Below are positions 27,823 through 32,000 of a DNA stretch of 32,000 nucleotides, piece by piece (position 1 is the first letter of the stretch; every line of letters begins with the position of its first letter). The position numbers and the translations under genes are program-made. The notes under the pieces are model-generated. The model did not search any database and had not been told where the DNA came from. It saw nothing but the letters and a program-made list of their open reading frames with translations. The stretch is from Alkanindiges sp. WGS2144. Its GTDB lineage: Bacteria; Pseudomonadota; Gammaproteobacteria; Pseudomonadales; Moraxellaceae. The stretch lies in the NCBI RefSeq assembly GCF_043950625.1, contig NZ_CP171007.1. The stretch is one strand, 5' to 3'.

Positions 27823-29604
27823 TTACGTAGAGGTCACTTTGTGTTCATAATTGTCACTATTGACCATTTTTTGTAGAAGCCTTTTAAAACCTGTGTGACG
27901 TAAAGCCTTGTTTTTTAAAGCCTGCTCTATACTGATTTGCTCACCCCATAGGTCTACTTTTTGCCGGGCACGGGTCACAGCGGTATACAATAATTCACGG
28001 CTTAACAATTCTTTAGCAGCCGATTCAATAATCACTGCAACATGATTAAACTCTGAACCCTGCGATTTATGAATAGTTAACGCAAACGCTGTTGTAATCT
28101 CATGCAATGGCAAGCGGGTAATGGCAATGCCCTGCTTTAGATGCGGAAAATACACTTGCCATTTGCCCTGTTCATCCTGCAAACACAGGCCAATATCTCC
28201 ATTAGACAACTGTAAGCCATAGTCATTACGGTTCATCATCACCGGTCGCCCGACAAACCACTCGTTAGTGCTGGCCGCACCATTGATAGACACCTGTAAG
28301 CGCTTTGACATTTCCTGATTAATTTTTTGTGTCCCTAAATGCCCGGCGCGCATCGCTGTCAAAATCCGATAGGTGTCAAAGGCAGCAAAAAGCTGTTCGG
28401 GTGCATCACCCGCTTTAAGCGCCTGAGCATAAGGGATAAAACCCTGCCATAACTGCTCAAACAATTGCTGGTCAGTCAAAGTTTGCGGGTCAACATGACG
28501 TAGCTGTTGCGGCGATTGGATAAATGCCTGCCAAAATTGTGATATGTCCTGCTGCAAAATAGCTGTAGCCAGTTGCCCAATGCCCTGTGTTGCACTAAAA
28601 CGCTTACTTTCGGTCAAATGGATCTGATAGCTTTTTAGCGCTGGCGTTTGCTGTAGATCGGCCAGTACGGCACCGGCATCTACCGCCGCCAGCTGATCGG
28701 CATCCCCCAGAATAATTAAACGCGTTCCTGCGGCAATGGCGGCAAATAGCAAACTGGCCAGCGCCAGATCCAGCATGGAACCTTCATCCAGCACAATCAA
28801 GTCATAGGGTAAGGGTGCCTGTGCATGATAACGTGGTTTGCCATTACTACCCAAACCCAGTAAGCGGTGCACGGTTTGCGCCGTTTGAATATGGCTGCTT
28901 TCAATACCTGATTCCCGAAAGGCAGTATCTAGAACACTTTGCATACGCTGTGCGGCCTTGCCAGTAGGGGCAGCCAGTGCAATCCGCAAGTCCGGCTGGG
29001 CCTGCTGCAATGCCTTGACAATACGTACCAGCGTATAGGTTTTACCGGTACCAGGGCCACCGGTAATCAGGCTAAAAGAATGCCGGGCAGCCAGCACAAT
29101 GGCTTGGCGCTGTAAAGTATTGGCTGTTTCACTGGCATCAAATTGTACAGATACTGCACGGACAGGTTCTAAAATGCGTGTTAATTGTTCAGCCAGCAGG
29201 TTTTCCTGTTGCCACTGCCGGTAAAAATACAGATAATCCTCCGCCCTGACCAGTGGGGCGGGCTGCTGCCTGGCAGTGGCCTCATCCACAATAGCCGGGT
29301 GTTGCATTAAGCTGGAATTCAGGCTATGTTGATCAATTAATAGACACGTATGTCCAGCTTCCAATGCTCGGCCAAGATGAACAATAATTTGTTTTAATTC
29401 ATCTTTTTGGCAATCCTTTAGGAATGGATATAACTGGGCCAGATGCTCAGCCAACGCAACAAACCATGCGTTTTCTTCCGTGTCTAGTATAAAGTCTGGG
29501 TTATCAACAGACTTATTCACAGTGTTATCAACAGGTTTATCCACAAACTTATCCGCAAGGTTATCAACAGAGTTATCCACAGGTTGCGTATAACTACAAT
29601 TCAA
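27823..29604 (-). CDS. recD: exodeoxyribonuclease V alpha subunit RecD
   Basis: Matching motifs are Walker A GGPGTGKT, LAAPTGKAAQRM, VLDEGSMLDL, the helicase motifs and C-terminal TIHKSQGSEF...LLYTAVTRAR. The start is uncertain: the TTG at 29604 lies 3 nt after the recB stop, and the alternatives are GTG codons inside the 12-bp repeat array. Confidence 0.88.
   Translation of the reverse strand: MNCSYTQPVDNSVDNLADKFVDKPVDNTVNKSVDNPDFILDTEENAWFVALAEHLAQLYPFLKDCQKDELKQIIVHLGRALEAGHTCLLIDQHSLNSSLMQHPAIVDEATARQQPAPLVRAEDYLYFYRQWQQENLLAEQLTRILEPVRAVSVQFDASETANTLQRQAIVLAARHSFSLITGGPGTGKTYTLVRIVKALQQAQPDLRIALAAPTGKAAQRMQSVLDTAFRESGIESSHIQTAQTVHRLLGLGSNGKPRYHAQAPLPYDLIVLDEGSMLDLALASLLFAAIAAGTRLIILGDADQLAAVDAGAVLADLQQTPALKSYQIHLTESKRFSATQGIGQLATAILQQDISQFWQAFIQSPQQLRHVDPQTLTDQQLFEQLWQGFIPYAQALKAGDAPEQLFAAFDTYRILTAMRAGHLGTQKINQEMSKRLQVSINGAASTNEWFVGRPVMMNRNDYGLQLSNGDIGLCLQDEQGKWQVYFPHLKQGIAITRLPLHEITTAFALTIHKSQGSEFNHVAVIIESAAKELLSRELLYTAVTRARQKVDLWGEQISIEQALKNKALRHTGFKRLLQKMVNSDNYEHKVTST
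29501..29584. repeat. seven tandem 12-bp units, each carrying a DnaA-box-like 9-mer
   Basis: The 9-mers start at 29501, 29513, 29525, 29537, 29549, 29561 and 29573. In order they are TTATCAACA, TTATTCACA, TTATCAACA, TTATCCACA, TTATCCGCA, TTATCAACA and TTATCCACA. On the minus strand the array encodes (V/A)(D/N)(N/K)x repeated seven times. Confidence 0.9.
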
Positions 29605-29607
29605 TAT

Positions 29608-32000
29608 TTAATGCTGTCCCAGAAGCTGATCCAGCTGCTCAATGAGTTCAATATCGGCTTGCCAGTGCAATATCCCTGTCTGGCTGCTGCTAGCCTGCAT
29701 GCCACGCAAATACAAATACACGGCGCCACCCAAATGTTGCTCGGACTGATAGTCCGGCAAACGCACTTTTAAATAACGGTGCAAAGCCACCTGATACAAA
29801 ATAGCTTGCAGCCAGTAACCTGACTGGCTCATATTGTCACGCAAGGCATTTTCCTGATAACAATCAAACTCATCGCCCAAGTAATTGCTCTTATAATCTG
29901 CAATATAAAATCTGCCCTGATGCTCATACACCAGGTCAATAAAACCATGCAGATAACGCGCATGAAATACAGGATTGAGCGGTGCAACCGGAACCTGATA
30001 TTGCTGTAATAGCGCATGAATGGCCTGCACGGGCATACGCTGTGTGGATACCGCCAGATGAAACTCAAACTCATGAATTTGTGTGGTCAAACCGGCAAGT
30101 GTGGCCTCATCCGGTAGTCTGGCATGCAGAATATGGTTAAACCAGTCAACCATTTGCTCCATCTCAACAGGCGCTTGCTTGTAGCGTTCAAGCTGGGCGT
30201 AAATGGCAAAGTTCTGAAGCTTTTTTTCAAAAATTCTGGGCCACTGTTCAGGGTAAGCCGGGTTGAGCTGCTCTAAAATATGATGCAGGCAATCCCCTGC
30301 ATTGGCTCCGCGAGGAAAGCGAAAACATAGCGGTAAAAGCGCAGGCTCTGCTTCAGTTTGTGCTTGTATTAAGGCAACTGGTATGGCTGCGCCGGATTTA
30401 CCGTCATGCTCATCATCGTGCATTAAGGTGTCGGCAGCAGGTACGTCTTCCGGTAAGACAGAAGTCCGCCTTTGGTGGCGTGATAACTGGCTAAAGCTGG
30501 TTAATCCCCAGGCATAAACCTGATGATTGGGTAAAGGCCGCGCCTGAATATCAACGCTTGTATCAACTTGCTTATAAAAAAATTGTGGGCATTCACTTAA
30601 GCCATCCTGTACGGCCGTATTATCATCGGCCCAGCCATCGCGTGCAGGGGGCAGCCAGTGATATAATGCACCTTTTATTTTACCCTTGTCATCCACAGGT
30701 GGCGGCGCAACAACGTATAACCGCACACTGGCGCGGGTTAGGGCCACATAAATCAGGCGGCGCAGTTCGGCCTGTTCACGCTCCTGATGCGCTTGCAGTT
30801 GCACTGCATCACGGTCAGAAAATGCCAGCATGCGCTGTTGGTCTTGCTCATAAAAAATAATTTTAGACGGCGACGCACGGTTTGACTTGTCTAGCCCGGC
30901 CACAAAAACAATAGGAAACTCCAGTCCCTTGGATTTGTGAATGGTCATCAGTTGCACACCCTGCTCACCCGATAAGCGGCGCTCCAGTTCCCATTCACGC
31001 TGCTGCGGCTGGCTAATTTGCCGCATTAGCCAGGCCAGTAAATGATGCTGACCCTGAATTTTTTCACTTTGCTGGTGAATAATTTCAAGCAAATGGCGTA
31101 AATTGACCACCAACCGCTCCGCATGTGGTTGTCTGGACAATTGCTGCCAGATATCAAAATGCTCACTCAATTGTTGCCATGCAGCCAGAAAACCAGCCTT
31201 ATACCAGCGCTCACCCAGCGTAAAAAACAGGCCCTGCAAACTGGCCAACTCATCAGGGTTTTGATCAAGTTCGATCAGATCACTTAAGGTTTTACCCATC
31301 ATCAGACCAGACAAGGCACGGCGTAAACGACCTTCATGATACGGTGCCAGCATGGTTTGTAATACCGCAACAAGATCTTCTGCCAAAGGACTTTGAAAAA
31401 TACTGACCCGGGAACCACGCCATACCGGCACATTGGCACGCTGCAACGCGGCCTGTACTTTGTCCAGCTGGCTGTTGGAACGGCACAACACCGCAATATG
31501 ATTGGGCGTGATGGTCTCTTGTGTTGAGTTATTTTTAAGAAATACCTGCCCCTGCTGGCTAGTTTTGAGTAGCTGAATAATTTGCCAGGCCACCTGCTCA
31601 AATTCGGTTTTTTGTTCTTCTACACACAGCAGACGCAAGGGGCGATGGTTAATATTTGGCCCGTCATGCAGCTCGGCCGTATTGCGACCACCTGCCTGCA
31701 CCGGTTGGTAATACACATTTTCGCCCAGTTCCAGTGTGAAACTAAACAAACGGTCGACCGCAGCCACCAGCGGCGCAATAGAACGCTGGTTAAATTTTAA
31801 AAAATGCTGCTGACCACCCAGTTGCATTACTTCTGTTTTAGCACGCTGATAGGTCAGCATGTCGCCACCACGGAAGCCATAAATGGCCTGCTTGGGATCA
31901 CCCACCAACACCAGGCATGAGCGAGGATTAAGCAAAGCACTGCTTTGCCCGAGCGAACGAGGAAAAAGCAGAGCATTGCTCTGCCCTGAGGCGCACCGCG
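29608..32000 (-). CDS. recB: exodeoxyribonuclease V beta subunit RecB (5-prime part beyond the window)
   Basis: The frame stays open to the window edge, so the TTG at 31935 in the ORF track is not the real start. Matching features are VLVGDPKQAIYGFRGGD, MTIHKSKGLEFP, LIYVALTRA and the C-terminal nuclease motif GFIDLVYEHQGRFYIADYKSN. Confidence 0.9.
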   Translation of the reverse strand, partial: RCASGQSNALLFPRSLGQSSALLNPRSCLVLVGDPKQAIYGFRGGDMLTYQRAKTEVMQLGGQQHFLKFNQRSIAPLVAAVDRLFSFTLELGENVYYQPVQAGGRNTAELHDGPNINHRPLRLLCVEEQKTEFEQVAWQIIQLLKTSQQGQVFLKNNSTQETITPNHIAVLCRSNSQLDKVQAALQRANVPVWRGSRVSIFQSPLAEDLVAVLQTMLAPYHEGRLRRALSGLMMGKTLSDLIELDQNPDELASLQGLFFTLGERWYKAGFLAAWQQLSEHFDIWQQLSRQPHAERLVVNLRHLLEIIHQQSEKIQGQHHLLAWLMRQISQPQQREWELERRLSGEQGVQLMTIHKSKGLEFPIVFVAGLDKSNRASPSKIIFYEQDQQRMLAFSDRDAVQLQAHQEREQAELRRLIYVALTRASVRLYVVAPPPVDDKGKIKGALYHWLPPARDGWADDNTAVQDGLSECPQFFYKQVDTSVDIQARPLPNHQVYAWGLTSFSQLSRHQRRTSVLPEDVPAADTLMHDDEHDGKSGAAIPVALIQAQTEAEPALLPLCFRFPRGANAGDCLHHILEQLNPAYPEQWPRIFEKKLQNFAIYAQLERYKQAPVEMEQMVDWFNHILHARLPDEATLAGLTTQIHEFEFHLAVSTQRMPVQAIHALLQQYQVPVAPLNPVFHARYLHGFIDLVYEHQGRFYIADYKSNYLGDEFDCYQENALRDNMSQSGYWLQAILYQVALHRYLKVRLPDYQSEQHLGGAVYLYLRGMQASSSQTGILHWQADIELIEQLDQLLGQH
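31915..31986. repeat. two tandem 36-bp units inside recB, each with a perfect 17-bp palindrome
   Basis: The palindromes are GCAAAGCA-C-TGCTTTGC (31932-31948) and GCAGAGCA-T-TGCTCTGC (31968-31984), exactly 36 bp apart. The units are about 75% identical. They encode GQSNALLFPRSL / GQSSALLNPRSC. Confidence 0.8.

Noticed and set aside
29501-29584. The DnaA-box array as a chromosomal replication origin.
   Set aside because: There is no adjacent AT-rich unwinding element and no dnaA/dnaN or gidA/mioC-type neighbours. The array sits inside the recB-recD operon and keeps an open reading frame. A titration or regulatory role, or a purely coding repeat, is more plausible.
31933-31935. The TTG at 31935 as the recB start codon (ORF track).
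   Set aside because: The frame remains open to the window edge at 32000. The conserved RecB helicase motifs that precede VLVGDPKQAIY must lie upstream, so the gene is simply cut by the window.

Overview
This window looks like gammaproteobacterial chromosome, probably Moraxellaceae/Acinetobacter-like; that guess rests on protein similarities recalled from memory and on the IS types, not on any search. The backbone is roughly 50% GC by eye (not computed).

Core genes, left to right: uup 3-prime end, a lipoprotein, lpxL-family acyltransferase, a GT4 glycosyltransferase, a membrane-anchored EEP-family nuclease/phosphatase, asd, fimV, then (after the island) an asparaginase-like gene, truA, an AraC-family regulator, infA, a MASE1-like membrane protein, a GlcD-family FAD oxidase divergent from serA, a hemerythrin-like gene plus a small catalase-related gene, recD and partial recB.

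Between fimV and the asparaginase/truA genes lies a visibly more AT-rich 9.58-kb accessory segment (8644-18225). It carries:
- an arsenic operon on the minus strand: arsC(Grx-type)-arsR-arsC(LMW-PTP type)-acr3-arsH-trxB, followed by a 3-prime-truncated arsO-like flavoprotein gene;
- a compound-transposon-like module: two near-identical 819-bp IS6/IS26-family (IS1006/IS1008-like) copies in inverted orientation, bracketing a CadR-like MerR regulator and an unusual Cys-rich, double-HMA CDF transporter. The second IS copy is itself interrupted by a 1002-bp IS481-family element.

Most notable observations:
1. The whole 9.58-kb segment is flanked by an 8-bp direct repeat, ATGGTTGC. Removing it in silico restores a perfect rho-independent terminator behind fimV. 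Only the right border is a real IS end; the left border is an IR-like sequence inside the truncated arsO.
2. Seven DnaA-box-like 9-mers sit head to tail at an exact 12-bp period at the recB/recD junction.
3. Two 36-bp tandem units inside recB each hold a perfect 17-bp palindrome, and the two palindromes differ by one compensatory base-pair change.

I saw no rRNA, tRNA or CRISPR array.
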